Source of the DNA: a virus | Lineage: Duplodnaviria; Caudoviricetes | IMG/VR virus record: IMGVR_UViG_2706796142_000001 | Location: 11,148 to 75,147 of that record | Direction: 5' to 3' (one strand) | DNA: 64,000 bases | In this document: piece after piece, positions 18,189 to 28,353 of the stretch | Position numbering within the stretch: the stretch's first letter is position 1 | How the letters are laid out: the number at the start of each line of letters is the position of its first letter | Translations under genes and position numbers: made by a program | The notes under the pieces: model-generated | What the model was told of the DNA's origin: nothing | Databases searched by the model: none | What the model saw: only the letters and a program-made list of their open reading frames with translations

Positions 18189-20807
18189 ATGAGGAATCTT
18201 ACGTTCGCAGAGCAGACCAATTATCCGGTCTGCCTGCTGGTATCCGATATCCGGCAAGACGAGATCAAACGGGCTTATTTCACCGACTATGGTGTTGAGC
18301 CAGAAGATGCCATTGTGCTGACGTTGCATCAGGCACCGGGCAAGAAGAAGACTCCTATGGGAGAAATGAGATCGTACATTGTGGACGAACTCGTACCCAT
18401 CTGGAAAGACTTCCAAGTCCAGTATGTCCTGTGTACTGACGCCGATTATTTCAAAGCATTGACCAAAGCGACAAAGGTTGATGCCAACTTAGGTTACGTG
18501 CTGGATACCGACTATGGTGTGAAAGCAATTTACGTACCAAGTTACAGAAGCATCTTCTATGATCCCCAGAAGATTACTGCAAAAATTGCACAGGGTATGA
18601 ATGCTCTTGTGGCTCATGTCACTGGTGAGTATAAAAAACCCGGCAGCAGTATTATTCATTATGCTGCTTATCCTACTCAGCTTCACGAAATTGAGGAGTG
18701 GCTGGTTAAGCTACTCGCAATGAATACCCCACTGGCTATCGATATTGAGGCATTCAGTCTCAAGCACGCTACTGCCGGAATTGGCACCATTACTTTCTGC
18801 TGGAACCAGCATGAAGGGGTGGCATTCCCTGTGGACTATCAGCCTATCGCTGGGGCAACAAAGGCACCATTTGGCAGGAACGTCCGTAATGAACCAGTGA
18901 GAAGAATGCTCCGTGCTTTCTTCGAGCAGTATATGTCTACAGCGATTTATCACAATATTGCTTATGACGTTTACGTGTTGATTTATCAACTCTTTATGGA
19001 TGACCTTCTGGACACATCCGGCCTACTTACAGGCTTAGATGTGATGCTCAGAAACTGGGATGATACAAAGCTGATCACTTATCTGGCGACGAATTCGTGT
19101 GCCGGAAACAAGTTAGGCTTGAAAGACCAATCACAGGAATTTGCGGGTAACTATGCTGAGGAAGGTATCAAGGATATCTGTAATATCCCTCTGGATCAGC
19201 TGCTGCAATATAACCTCGTCGATGGTCTGTCAACGTGGTATGTGCATAACAAACACTGGGATACGATGGTTGCTGACCAGCAGGAGCATATCTATGCCAC
19301 CCTGTTCCAGCCAGCAACCAAAGACATCATTCAAATGCAGCTCACTGGTATGCCACTGAACATGAAACGTGTTCTGGAGGTGGAAGCCATCATGCAGCAT
19401 GACAATGATCTCGCAGTCAAAGCTATGCGTAATACCCCAATCATCCAGCAGTACTCTTACCGGATGCTTGAGCAGTACATCGACAAGATGCACAAAAAGT
19501 GGAAGCAGAAGCGAACCACTATTGCCGAGGTACAAGAAGAAGCCAAGACGAACAGTAAGATATTGAAGATGATCACCTTCAATCCGAACAGCAACCTGCA
19601 ATTACAGGATCTGCTGTTTAACGTACTGCAACTTCCCGTGATCTCTCTGACAGACAGTAAGGAGCCAAGTACAGATGGGGATACCATCGATGCACTGTTA
19701 AACCATGCAACCGATCCCGAAGTACTGAAATTCCTGAAAGCTCTGAAAGAGTATAAGGCTGTCGATAAAATCCTGACCAGCTTCATTCCGGCAATGAAGA
19801 ATGCTGCTCTGGCAAATGATGGTTGGCATTATCTGTTCGGTAACTTCAACCTCGGTGGAACGTTATCCGGGCGGTTAAGCTCATCCGATCCAAACCTGCA
19901 AAACCTACCAGCGAAAGAGAATAAATACTCCAAGCTGATCAAGTCTTGCTTCCAAGCTCCACCGGGTTGGATGTTCTGTGGTCTGGACTTTGCAAGTCTG
20001 GAAGACAGGATCTCTGCTGTTACCACTAAAGACCCAAATAAACTGAAGGTGTATACCGATGGTTATGACGGTCACTGTCTTCGTGCTTATGCTTACTTTG
20101 GTGAGCAGATGCCAGACATTGTGGATACTGTAGAGTCCATCAACTCCATTGAGAAGAAGTACAAAGCTCTCCGTGGTGACAGTAAGGCACCAACATTTGC
20201 ACTGACTTATCAGGGTACTCATCATACTCTGATGAAGAACTGTGGTTTCCCTAAAGAGAAAGCTGTACTGGTTGAGAACCGTTTCAAGGAACTCTACAAA
20301 GTGAGTATCGACTGGGTTGATGCCAAGCTGCAAGAAGCCAGTAAGGTTGGCTATGTGACTGTTGCATTTGGTCTGCGTGTCAGGACTCCACTGCTCAAGC
20401 AAGTGATCCGTAAGACAAGTAAGACACCATATGAGGCAGAAGCAGAAGGTCGTACAGCAGGTAATGCACTGGGCCAGAGTTGGTGTTTACTCAACTCTCG
20501 TGCAAGTGTCGAGTTTATGGAGAAGGTTAGATCCAGTAAACACAGGCTTGATATCCGACCATGTGCTCACATTCATGATGCTCAGTACATGATGGTCAGA
20601 GATGATATCGATGCCTTGCTCTATGCCAATGAGCATTTAGTGGAAGCTGTTAAGTGGCAGGAGCATCCTGACATTGCCCACGACGATGTGAAACTGGGAG
20701 GTGAGTTCGGTATCTTCTATCCAGACTGGGGCCATGAAATAACGATCCCTAATGGAGCCAGTAAAGAAGATATCTATCAAGCGATTGATACTGCTTTAGC
20801 TGCTTAA
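18189..20807 (+). CDS. Family A DNA polymerase (N4 gp39-like)
   Basis: 3'-5' exo DIEAFSL, GRLSSSDPNLQNLP, motif A LDFASLEDRI, motif B KAPTFALTYQG, motif C HIHDAQY. Confidence 0.96.
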   Translation: MRNLTFAEQTNYPVCLLVSDIRQDEIKRAYFTDYGVEPEDAIVLTLHQAPGKKKTPMGEMRSYIVDELVPIWKDFQVQYVLCTDADYFKALTKATKVDANLGYVLDTDYGVKAIYVPSYRSIFYDPQKITAKIAQGMNALVAHVTGEYKKPGSSIIHYAAYPTQLHEIEEWLVKLLAMNTPLAIDIEAFSLKHATAGIGTITFCWNQHEGVAFPVDYQPIAGATKAPFGRNVRNEPVRRMLRAFFEQYMSTAIYHNIAYDVYVLIYQLFMDDLLDTSGLLTGLDVMLRNWDDTKLITYLATNSCAGNKLGLKDQSQEFAGNYAEEGIKDICNIPLDQLLQYNLVDGLSTWYVHNKHWDTMVADQQEHIYATLFQPATKDIIQMQLTGMPLNMKRVLEVEAIMQHDNDLAVKAMRNTPIIQQYSYRMLEQYIDKMHKKWKQKRTTIAEVQEEAKTNSKILKMITFNPNSNLQLQDLLFNVLQLPVISLTDSKEPSTDGDTIDALLNHATDPEVLKFLKALKEYKAVDKILTSFIPAMKNAALANDGWHYLFGNFNLGGTLSGRLSSSDPNLQNLPAKENKYSKLIKSCFQAPPGWMFCGLDFASLEDRISAVTTKDPNKLKVYTDGYDGHCLRAYAYFGEQMPDIVDTVESINSIEKKYKALRGDSKAPTFALTYQGTHHTLMKNCGFPKEKAVLVENRFKELYKVSIDWVDAKLQEASKVGYVTVAFGLRVRTPLLKQVIRKTSKTPYEAEAEGRTAGNALGQSWCLLNSRASVEFMEKVRSSKHRLDIRPCAHIHDAQYMMVRDDIDALLYANEHLVEAVKWQEHPDIAHDDVKLGGEFGIFYPDWGHEITIPNGASKEDIYQAIDTALAA

Positions 20808-20858
20808 CAGTAATGTATACTCTGGGGGAGTTTTCTCCCCTTGATTAAGGATTACACA

Positions 20859-21503
20859 ATGACCACCAGCAAGATCGCAGTAAACGTGCTTAACAACCAG
20901 AATGAACAAGTGAAGGTTGTGGCTGCTGTCCTCATCGATCCAGTAACAGGATTACCTTCTGATGGTGGTGGTTCCACTGGGTCAAACATCGACTTTGAAC
21001 TCCTGTTAATTCAGGACTCAACCGGTGCTACCGGTATTCGTCGTGAGGTAAATAACAACGGTACTATTACCGTGAATTATGAAACCCTCGACGGTGGTTC
21101 ATGGACACCAACTCCCCCAACAAGTCTGGTATCAGCAGCCTTGCCACCAAACGCAGCAACTGCATCCGCACAAGCAACCTTGCTTACTGTGGTTCAGAAC
21201 CTACTGATCGCAGCGAAGATGCCTACCTACAGTGCCGTCACCATTCTAAGTGTTGCTACTTCTGCTTCCGCAGGAGCAACTGCAACAGCGTTTGGTGCTC
21301 AGGCTTGTACTGGTCTGGATATCGTGAACAACTCCACTGTGGATATTGAATATCAACGTGGTGGTGCAGGACAGTTTATGACCATCTCTGCTGGTACTTC
21401 CCGTCTGGTGACAGGCATTACTAATGCCAACCAGATCAGTGTTCGCCGTGTGGATCAGGTAGCTACTGCCGTGACCATTAAAGCGGAGGCATTTGCCGTA
21501 TGA
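20859..21503 (+). CDS. Putative virion accessory/fibre-like protein
   Basis: AAGG RBS then ATG at 20859; T/A/G/S-rich beta-type composition, LPPNAATASAQ linker. Confidence 0.65.
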   Translation: MTTSKIAVNVLNNQNEQVKVVAAVLIDPVTGLPSDGGGSTGSNIDFELLLIQDSTGATGIRREVNNNGTITVNYETLDGGSWTPTPPTSLVSAALPPNAATASAQATLLTVVQNLLIAAKMPTYSAVTILSVATSASAGATATAFGAQACTGLDIVNNSTVDIEYQRGGAGQFMTISAGTSRLVTGITNANQISVRRVDQVATAVTIKAEAFAV

Positions 21504-22174
21504 TGCGTCGAGTTCCCTTCTTGGGTTCACGGTCATTCACTAGTTCTAATTCTTTCTCTCGAAGGGTTGGAACAGTCCTGCCCGTGTTTACCACACAGCC
21601 TGTTACGCAGTCTCTGTTTCAGGAGAATGGGCAATTACTGATCACAGGTGCTGTGGTCAGGAATGCTTCAAGCTACCAGTGGCAGCGATCTACTGACGGG
21701 GTAACATTCACCGATGTTGCCGGGCAAACAGCAGCAGTGCTGAACCAAGCAGGAGTAACTGGGGGTTCGGCTACGTATCGCCTGAAGGCTATTAACGACA
21801 AGGGCTTTACGTACTCAAACAATGTTCAGGTGCTGTCTGCTTACCTGTGGATCCAGAACGACTCCAGCTCTGCTGATGGAAGTGCTCTGGGTACGACTAA
21901 GGTAACGAACAGTACCTATACCTTCAATGCTCCTGCTGGAAATAGGCCGTTTTCTGCGTTCTACCGTCTCCTCAGTGACAACAGCATTTTCATTCCAGAG
22001 GGAACTACTTCTGGGCGTGCTGTACCAACTTGGGTATCGAGTAATACAGCGGTTCTGCCTCAGACCCCAGTGACAGCAACAGGTCAATTGAACTGTGCGA
22101 CCAAAGTAGGCAGTGCAACTCTGACTGCCTCAATTGGTAGATTGTCATCTGTGATGAGTGCGACGATTACCTAA
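21500..22174 (+). CDS. Ig-like domain protein (possible capsid decoration/adhesin)
   Basis: PVFTTQP...SYQWQRS...YRLKAIN I-set-like domain; PTWVSSNTAV...VTATGQL...GSATLTA Big_2-like domain. Confidence 0.75.
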   Translation: MMRRVPFLGSRSFTSSNSFSRRVGTVLPVFTTQPVTQSLFQENGQLLITGAVVRNASSYQWQRSTDGVTFTDVAGQTAAVLNQAGVTGGSATYRLKAINDKGFTYSNNVQVLSAYLWIQNDSSSADGSALGTTKVTNSTYTFNAPAGNRPFSAFYRLLSDNSIFIPEGTTSGRAVPTWVSSNTAVLPQTPVTATGQLNCATKVGSATLTASIGRLSSVMSATIT

Positions 22175-22197
22175 GCTATCAAAAGCCAATAATTAAT

Positions 22198-22222
22198 AGG
22201 CTACAGTGATGTAGCCTTTTTT
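22198..22222 (+). terminator. Rho-independent terminator
   Basis: AGGCTAC-AGTGAT-GTAGCCT plus T tract. Confidence 0.8.
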
Positions 22223-22301
22223 CTTTGGTACGTTTACCATTATCCACCCAACATATCTTTTATCTGGGGAACTCTCCCCGATCCCAATAGGAGCAGTCTG
22301 C

Positions 22302-22679
22302 ATGTCTGAACAAGCGGCAAAAACTAACTATTTCTTAGTGACGGGTAAGGTTATCTTTACCGTCAACATCCTGCCTGTACCAGAAAATCCTCAGATTGAG
22401 GAGATCGAACTGAACTCTCTGGTGAACCAGAATGCCTCTGTGCTAAGCCGTAAGAGCATCAGCAATGCTCAACTGGCACTACAGCAGCATTTCATTAAGC
22501 GTATCGGTGAGGACTCTCCTGTGTCCATTAACGATATCGTGATCACCAACATCGTTTCTCTGGGTCTGATGACCGAAGAAGAATTCAACGATGCCGCTGA
22601 TATGGCACATCTGGAAAAAGAGCCAGCCAAACCTAACCTGTCTGTGGTGCAGAATGAGCCGACCGAACCAACTGAGTAA
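22302..22679 (+). CDS. Conserved N4-like hypothetical protein
   Basis: GGAG RBS; 125-aa ORF in replication module. Confidence 0.7.
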   Translation: MSEQAAKTNYFLVTGKVIFTVNILPVPENPQIEEIELNSLVNQNASVLSRKSISNAQLALQQHFIKRIGEDSPVSINDIVITNIVSLGLMTEEEFNDAADMAHLEKEPAKPNLSVVQNEPTEPTE

Positions 22680-22944
22680 AGAAGAGTCGGGGGGCCGGGT
22701 AAACTATTACCTCGCTGCTGTACTACATCCCCAACGGGAAAGCCAGCCACCTTACACAGCCGAGTGTGAAGATATCATCGACGCACTGAATATGACTTTC
22801 GATGAGGCCAATATCTTTAAAGAGATCTGGCGTTCAGCGAATGAGCGTACTCACGGTGCTGGGAAGGTTGGTAACACTCCTATCCGTGCTGCACAGAAGA
22901 TGGTTCATTACTCCGGGCGAATCCTGCGTAAGCTGACTCGCTAG
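22654..22944 (+). CDS. DUF3310-like protein (start uncertain, may be CTG at 22672)
   Basis: GGRVNYY, ECEDIIDALNMTFDEANIFKEIWR. Confidence 0.65.
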   Translation: MSRPNQLSKEESGGRVNYYLAAVLHPQRESQPPYTAECEDIIDALNMTFDEANIFKEIWRSANERTHGAGKVGNTPIRAAQKMVHYSGRILRKLTR

Positions 22945-23015
22945 AGAAGTAAAACCAAAGCACTGTCAGTTTTTTATGGCAGTGCTTTACTGCTATTTCT
23001 CAGGAGATCTCCCCC

Positions 23016-24005
23016 TTGAAAATTACCAATAAATCCAATATCCCACTGGCCTTGGGTGTTTGGCTTTTACACGACGAGTACGATTACATCGACCGACCGA
23101 ATTACATTTCGGTTACGAAGATGATGAAGCCTCTGAAATCTCTCATTCTGGCTCAACGTGTTGAGAAGAAAGAGATTGAATGCGACCTTGAGGACTTTGT
23201 ATCTCGTGCTCTGGGCCACTCACTCCATGACTCAATTGAGAAAGCATGGACGTTGAGTTACCGATCTTCTCTGAAGAAACTGGGCTATCCAGAAAGTGTT
23301 ATCGAGAGGGTACTGATCAACCCGACCCAAGAACAACTGGCTAAGGTTCCTCACCCCATCCCGGTCTACATGGAACAACGTATGTTCCGTGACATTAAGA
23401 TCGGCAATGTGACATTCACTATCGGTGGTAAATACGACATGGTTGCCGAGGGTATTCCTCACGACAACAAGTCCACCACTGCCTATACGTGGCTGTTTGA
23501 TAGCAAGGATGATGACTATCGTCTTCAGATGAGTCTGTATCGTTGGATCGATGCAGGACAGGATCACCCTGTTATCACCGAGGACTTTGGCCGGATCAAC
23601 TTCATCTTCACCGACTGGCAGAAGATGCAGGCGAAGTCCAATCCAAACTATCCCCAGAAGCGTCTTGAGCAGAAAGAAATTATGCTCACGCCGGTAAGGG
23701 ATACGGAGAAGTGGATCCAGAATAAGATCGGGTTACTGGTTAAGTACTATCAGGAACCAGAAGAGAAGATGCCGGATTGCACACCAGAAGAACTCTGGAT
23801 GAGCGACCCCGTGCATAAATATTATTCTGACCCTACAAAAACTGAGGGCCGTTCCACCAAGAACTTTGACAACTTGCCAGACGCTGAAGCGTTCAAGGCC
23901 AGCAAAGGTGGAAAGGGTATTATCAAATCATCACGCCCTGAAGCGAAGCGTTGCGGTTATTGCGATGCGGAGCCAGTGTGCAAACAGAGACAGCGATACC
24001 TATGA
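23016..24005 (+). CDS. PD-(D/E)xK nuclease (N4 gp42-like)
   Basis: TTG start after GGAG; GGKYD...DNKST, QMSLYRW, C-terminal CGYC...C. Confidence 0.85.
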   Translation: MKITNKSNIPLALGVWLLHDEYDYIDRPNYISVTKMMKPLKSLILAQRVEKKEIECDLEDFVSRALGHSLHDSIEKAWTLSYRSSLKKLGYPESVIERVLINPTQEQLAKVPHPIPVYMEQRMFRDIKIGNVTFTIGGKYDMVAEGIPHDNKSTTAYTWLFDSKDDDYRLQMSLYRWIDAGQDHPVITEDFGRINFIFTDWQKMQAKSNPNYPQKRLEQKEIMLTPVRDTEKWIQNKIGLLVKYYQEPEEKMPDCTPEELWMSDPVHKYYSDPTKTEGRSTKNFDNLPDAEAFKASKGGKGIIKSSRPEAKRCGYCDAEPVCKQRQRYL

Positions 24006-26176
24006 TTGATTTGACTGGAGTCACTCATCATCCTGCCCTTGAGAGCATCGTAGAGGTGCTCTGTAACAAGACGCAGAACACGGATCGGGGATTCTTCCGA
24101 ACCGAGGTAGCTTACTTTTTAGGTAAGATTGCCAGTAATATGCGAGCCACCATTGTCACCAAAGACCGTGGTGAAATCCCGGTAAATATCTACGCACTGG
24201 CTCTGGCAACGTCTGGTTTTGGTAAAGGTCACTCTGTGAACATTATCGAAAACGAATTCATGAGAGGCTATAAAAAGCGTTTCATGGAAGAGACAATGCC
24301 AGTGATCGCAGAGAAATCTCTGTGGAACATTGCCAATGAACGTGCTGCCCGTAATGGCTCAGACTTGAACGATGAGTTTGAGAAAGCTGAGGGGGAGTAT
24401 CGTCGTGCCGGGGCATTCCCATTCACATTCGACTCAGGTACTGCACCTGCTGTTAAGCAGCTCAGAACCAAACTGCTGATCTCAGACATTGGTGCTATCA
24501 ATCTTCAGATCGATGAGATTGGTTCCAATCTGGTGAACAACATCGAAGTTCTGACGTTGTACCTTGAGCTTTATGATCAGGGTATCGTTAAGCAGAAGCT
24601 CACCAAAAATACGGCTGAGAGTTCTCGTGCCGAAGAGATGGACGGTAAGACACCTGCCAACATGTTGCTGTTTGGTACTCCTGCCAAATTGCTCGATGGT
24701 GGTGCTGTGGAAGACCAGTTCTATTCTTTCCTCGACACGGGTTATGCTCGTCGTTGCCTGTTTGGATGGGGTCAGCATGATCGTAAGGCGTTTAATACTC
24801 AGACGCCGGAAGAGATCTATAACAAGCTGATCGAACCATCGAACAATGCAGCTATGCAGCAGTGGGCAGCACAGTTCCACCGTCTGGCAGATCCAGCCAT
24901 GTACAACTGGTTAATGACCGTTGAACATGAAGTGGGTGTGAAGCTGGTGGAATATAAGATCAACTGTGAACGTGCAGCGGATCAGATGGCTGACCACGAA
25001 GAAATTCGTAAAGCTGAAATGTCTCACCGTTACTTCAAAGCTCTGAAGTTAGCCGGGGCTTATGCCTTTGTTGATGAAAGCAATGAAGTGGAAATGTCCC
25101 ATCTGCTATCTGCAATTCTGCTGGTAGAGGAATCTGGTGCAGCCTTCCAGAAGATCCTCACTCGTGAGAAAGCCTACATGAAGTTAGCCAAGTATATCGC
25201 TGCTGTTGATGGCGATGTAACTCATGCTGACTTGAATGAGGCATTGCCGTTCTATAAGTCTGGTCAGGCAGCTCGTAATGAGATCATGACCATGGCTACG
25301 GCGTGGGGCTATAAGAAGCACATCATCATTAAGAAGAAGTTCGATAGTGGTATCGAGTTCTTCCAAGGTGAGACGCTGAAAGAAACTGATCTGGATAAGA
25401 TCCGTGTCTCTTATAGCGATAACTGGGCTTATAACTACGAAGGTGTAGAAGCTCCGTTTGACCAACTCCACCTCATGACCCAAGGAGAAGATGAGAACGG
25501 TGGGCCTATCCACTGGGTGAATCATCACTTCAAGGGTGGACACCGAGCCACTGAGAATATAATCCCCGGATTTAACTGCATCGTCATCGATGTGGATCAT
25601 GGCATCCCCATTAAGACAGCTCATGAGTTGTTGGCTGGGTATAAGTTCATGACATACACGACCAAACGTCACCAGACGGAAGGTCACGGGGATCGCTATC
25701 GTATCATCCTGCCGATCAACTATACGCTGGAACTCGATACCGAGGACTATCGTAAGTTCATGAATGGTGTGCTCTCTTGGCTCCCGTTCGATGAACCAAC
25801 GGATGATGCTTCAGAGCAGATTGCGAAGAAGTGGGAGAGTTTCTCTGGTGGTTCATACCACTATAACCTCGAAGGTGAAATCTTCGATGCTCTGCCGTTC
25901 ATCCCTCGTACCAGCCGTAACGAAGACTTCCAGAAAGAATTCGCCAAGGTTGAGTCCATGGATAACCTCGAACGCTGGTTCGCTCAACGTATGGCATCCG
26001 GCAACCGGAACAAGCAGATGATTAAGTATGCTCTGGCTCTGGTTGATAGTGGTATGGATCTGGTGAGCGTAAGCAAACAGGTTCATGCCTTCAATGCCAA
26101 GTTGGTTAACGGTCTGCCAGAAGATGAGATCAACACAACGATTCTCGCTACTGTCGCAAAGCGTCTAAACAATTAA
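24002..26176 (+). CDS. DNA primase/helicase-like protein (N4 gp43-like)
   Basis: ALATSGFGKG P-loop-like, IDEIG; C-terminal prim-pol motifs IVIDVD, TTKRH, RYRII and PriCT-like GNRN. Confidence 0.85.
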   Translation: MIDLTGVTHHPALESIVEVLCNKTQNTDRGFFRTEVAYFLGKIASNMRATIVTKDRGEIPVNIYALALATSGFGKGHSVNIIENEFMRGYKKRFMEETMPVIAEKSLWNIANERAARNGSDLNDEFEKAEGEYRRAGAFPFTFDSGTAPAVKQLRTKLLISDIGAINLQIDEIGSNLVNNIEVLTLYLELYDQGIVKQKLTKNTAESSRAEEMDGKTPANMLLFGTPAKLLDGGAVEDQFYSFLDTGYARRCLFGWGQHDRKAFNTQTPEEIYNKLIEPSNNAAMQQWAAQFHRLADPAMYNWLMTVEHEVGVKLVEYKINCERAADQMADHEEIRKAEMSHRYFKALKLAGAYAFVDESNEVEMSHLLSAILLVEESGAAFQKILTREKAYMKLAKYIAAVDGDVTHADLNEALPFYKSGQAARNEIMTMATAWGYKKHIIIKKKFDSGIEFFQGETLKETDLDKIRVSYSDNWAYNYEGVEAPFDQLHLMTQGEDENGGPIHWVNHHFKGGHRATENIIPGFNCIVIDVDHGIPIKTAHELLAGYKFMTYTTKRHQTEGHGDRYRIILPINYTLELDTEDYRKFMNGVLSWLPFDEPTDDASEQIAKKWESFSGGSYHYNLEGEIFDALPFIPRTSRNEDFQKEFAKVESMDNLERWFAQRMASGNRNKQMIKYALALVDSGMDLVSVSKQVHAFNAKLVNGLPEDEINTTILATVAKRLNN

Positions 26177-26221
26177 CCAGTTAGCCCTTACTCCGGTGAG
26201 GGCTGACATTGAGGAACTTAA

Positions 26222-26953
26222 ATGTCTCAGGCAAATAAAAAGATTGTAATGATCATGGGTAAGCCGAATACCGGCAAGTCCACTTCATTACGCAACATGA
26301 ACCAAGAAAGCATGATCTACCTGAACACGGATCTTAAAGATGTTCCGTTTCGTGATCGCTTTCTGATGAACGTGGAAGTGTCTAATGCAACTGATATTCT
26401 GGGCTTTATCGATGATATTGAGCACAGTGATGAGTGTTCTGGTGCAGCGTTGGATACGATTACGTTTCTGATGGCAATGTACGAACGGCAGTATGTTACG
26501 CCGTTCGCTGGAACCAAAACAGGCCAGTCAGCATGGGGTGACTACGGTAACTTTTATCGCAGCTTCATCCATGCCATTAAGTCCGGCAGCAAAAGCTACG
26601 TGATTCTGGCTCATGAAGATGAGTCGCTTAACGAGCAGTCCATGCAAATGGAAAGCCGGGTTCCTGTTAAGGGTGCCGTTGGTAAGATCGGCGTTGAAGC
26701 CGACTTCACAACCATCCTGCGTACTCTTCAAATTCCGGTTAAGAAACTGGAAGGTCATGAAAATGATCTGTTGACCATCACCGACGAAGAACGTGAAGAC
26801 GGTGTGAAATACGTCTTCCAGACTCGTATAAATAAAGAGTCTGCTGGTGCAAAGATGCGCTCTGCAATGGGCCTGTGGAGTCGTAACGAGCTGTATATCG
26901 ATAATGATATGGCTCTGGTTTATAAGCGACTGGAAGACTACTACGGTAAGTAG
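26222..26953 (+). CDS. Sak4-like AAA ssDNA-annealing protein (N4 gp44-like)
   Basis: GKPNTGKST, LDTITFL, VILAHE, IGVEADFTTI. Confidence 0.85.
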   Translation: MSQANKKIVMIMGKPNTGKSTSLRNMNQESMIYLNTDLKDVPFRDRFLMNVEVSNATDILGFIDDIEHSDECSGAALDTITFLMAMYERQYVTPFAGTKTGQSAWGDYGNFYRSFIHAIKSGSKSYVILAHEDESLNEQSMQMESRVPVKGAVGKIGVEADFTTILRTLQIPVKKLEGHENDLLTITDEEREDGVKYVFQTRINKESAGAKMRSAMGLWSRNELYIDNDMALVYKRLEDYYGK

Positions 26954-27024
26954 TCAGGTACTTTGAAATGTTCCACGGTGGTTGTTCACCGTGGATCCAA
27001 TCTGTTAAAAAAAGCGAGTTGAGA

Positions 27025-27792
27025 ATGACTAATTTATTTGGAAACCTGAACAGTGAAGGTCTGGAAAAAACCAAAGACGTAACTGGTGGTGGCTTCACTC
27101 TGGAAACTGGTGTTTATCAGGGTAAAGTTAAAGTGGCTTATGCTGGTAAATCAGCTCAGGGTGCTGCTTCAGTTACCGTTATCTTCGTAAGTGATTCCGG
27201 TAAAGAACTGCGTGAAACCGTGTATGTGACCAGCCGTACTGGTCAGAATTACTACCATCCGAAAAACAAAGATGGTAGCCGTGACACCACTAAAAAAGTG
27301 CCACTGCCGGGCTTCACCATCATCGACGATCTGTGTCTCGCCATTACTGGCAAGCCGTTGTGCGAACAGTCCACTGAAGAAAAAGTGGTCAAGATGTGGG
27401 ACAAAGATGCCAAGGCCGAGCTGCCTAAGAACGTACAAGTTCTGGACGAGCTGACCGAAGGCGTTGTGACTCTGGCTATCTGGAAGAACCTCGAAAACAA
27501 ATCCGAGTTGCGTGGCAATGATTATGTGCCAGTTGCAGATACCCGTGACACCAACAACATCGAAAAAGTGATCCACACTGCCAGCGGCATGACCATCGTC
27601 GAAGCCCGTGACAATCTGGATGCATCTTTCGCTAAAACGTGGGGTGAAAGAAACACTGGCATCACCCGTGACAAGCGTGAGATCAAAGACGGTGCAGGTG
27701 CGGCAGGTGCTCCTACCAAACCAGCAGGCGGTGCTCCAGCAGCAGACGCTGGTGGTGCTCCACGTAAGTCTCTGTTCGACAAAAAGAGCTAA
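27025..27792 (+). CDS. ssb: Single-stranded DNA-binding protein / late transcription activator (N4 gp45-like)
   Basis: LETGVY, LRETVYVTS, LPGFTIIDDLC, C-terminal RKSLFDKKS tail; synteny. Confidence 0.85.
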   Translation: MTNLFGNLNSEGLEKTKDVTGGGFTLETGVYQGKVKVAYAGKSAQGAASVTVIFVSDSGKELRETVYVTSRTGQNYYHPKNKDGSRDTTKKVPLPGFTIIDDLCLAITGKPLCEQSTEEKVVKMWDKDAKAELPKNVQVLDELTEGVVTLAIWKNLENKSELRGNDYVPVADTRDTNNIEKVIHTASGMTIVEARDNLDASFAKTWGERNTGITRDKREIKDGAGAAGAPTKPAGGAPAADAGGAPRKSLFDKKS

Positions 27793-27795
27793 CGG

Positions 27796-28350
27796 ATGCT
27801 CATTCCAGTAGCAGGTTTTGATCCCAGCTTAAATAGCTGGGGTATTGCCGAAGGCAAATTAGATCTGACTACTGGGATACTCGACGGTCTGGTACTGGAA
27901 ACAATTGAACCAGAAAAGAAACAGGGTAAGCAGGTTCGACAGAATAGCGTTGACCTGCAACGTGCTGAAGACCTTGCAGCTAAAGCAATTGAAGTTGCCA
28001 GACGCTGTAAGGTCGTCTTTGTTGAGTGTCCCGTTGGTTCTCAGTCTGCTAACGGTATGAAAGCCTACGGCATTGTCGTGGGTGTATTGGGAGCCATTCG
28101 AGCATTAGGCATCCCGGTTATCGAAGTCACTGCTATGGAGTCGAAGAAGATCTTCACTGGAGATAAGAACGCCACCAAGCAGAAGATGATCGATACGGCA
28201 GTAAGGTTGTATCCCGAAGCTAACTTCCCTATGTATCGTGGGGCAGTGGCTGTCAAAGCAGAACATGTGGCAGATGCAATTGCTGCAATTCATGCCGGGG
28301 TACACACCCCGGTATTCAAAAATTTAATGCGATTATTCGCAGAGGTTTAA
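27796..28350 (+). CDS. RuvC-like Holliday junction resolvase (N4 gp46-like)
   Basis: GFDPSLNSWG, VFVECP, EHVADAIA. Confidence 0.85.
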   Translation: MLIPVAGFDPSLNSWGIAEGKLDLTTGILDGLVLETIEPEKKQGKQVRQNSVDLQRAEDLAAKAIEVARRCKVVFVECPVGSQSANGMKAYGIVVGVLGAIRALGIPVIEVTAMESKKIFTGDKNATKQKMIDTAVRLYPEANFPMYRGAVAVKAEHVADAIAAIHAGVHTPVFKNLMRLFAEV

Positions 28351-28353
28351 TAA

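Noticed and set aside
18189-20807. Intron or intein in DNA polymerase (also checked terminase, helicase, thyX)
   Set aside because: Continuous ORFs of expected length with motifs in order; no C/S...HN intein ends
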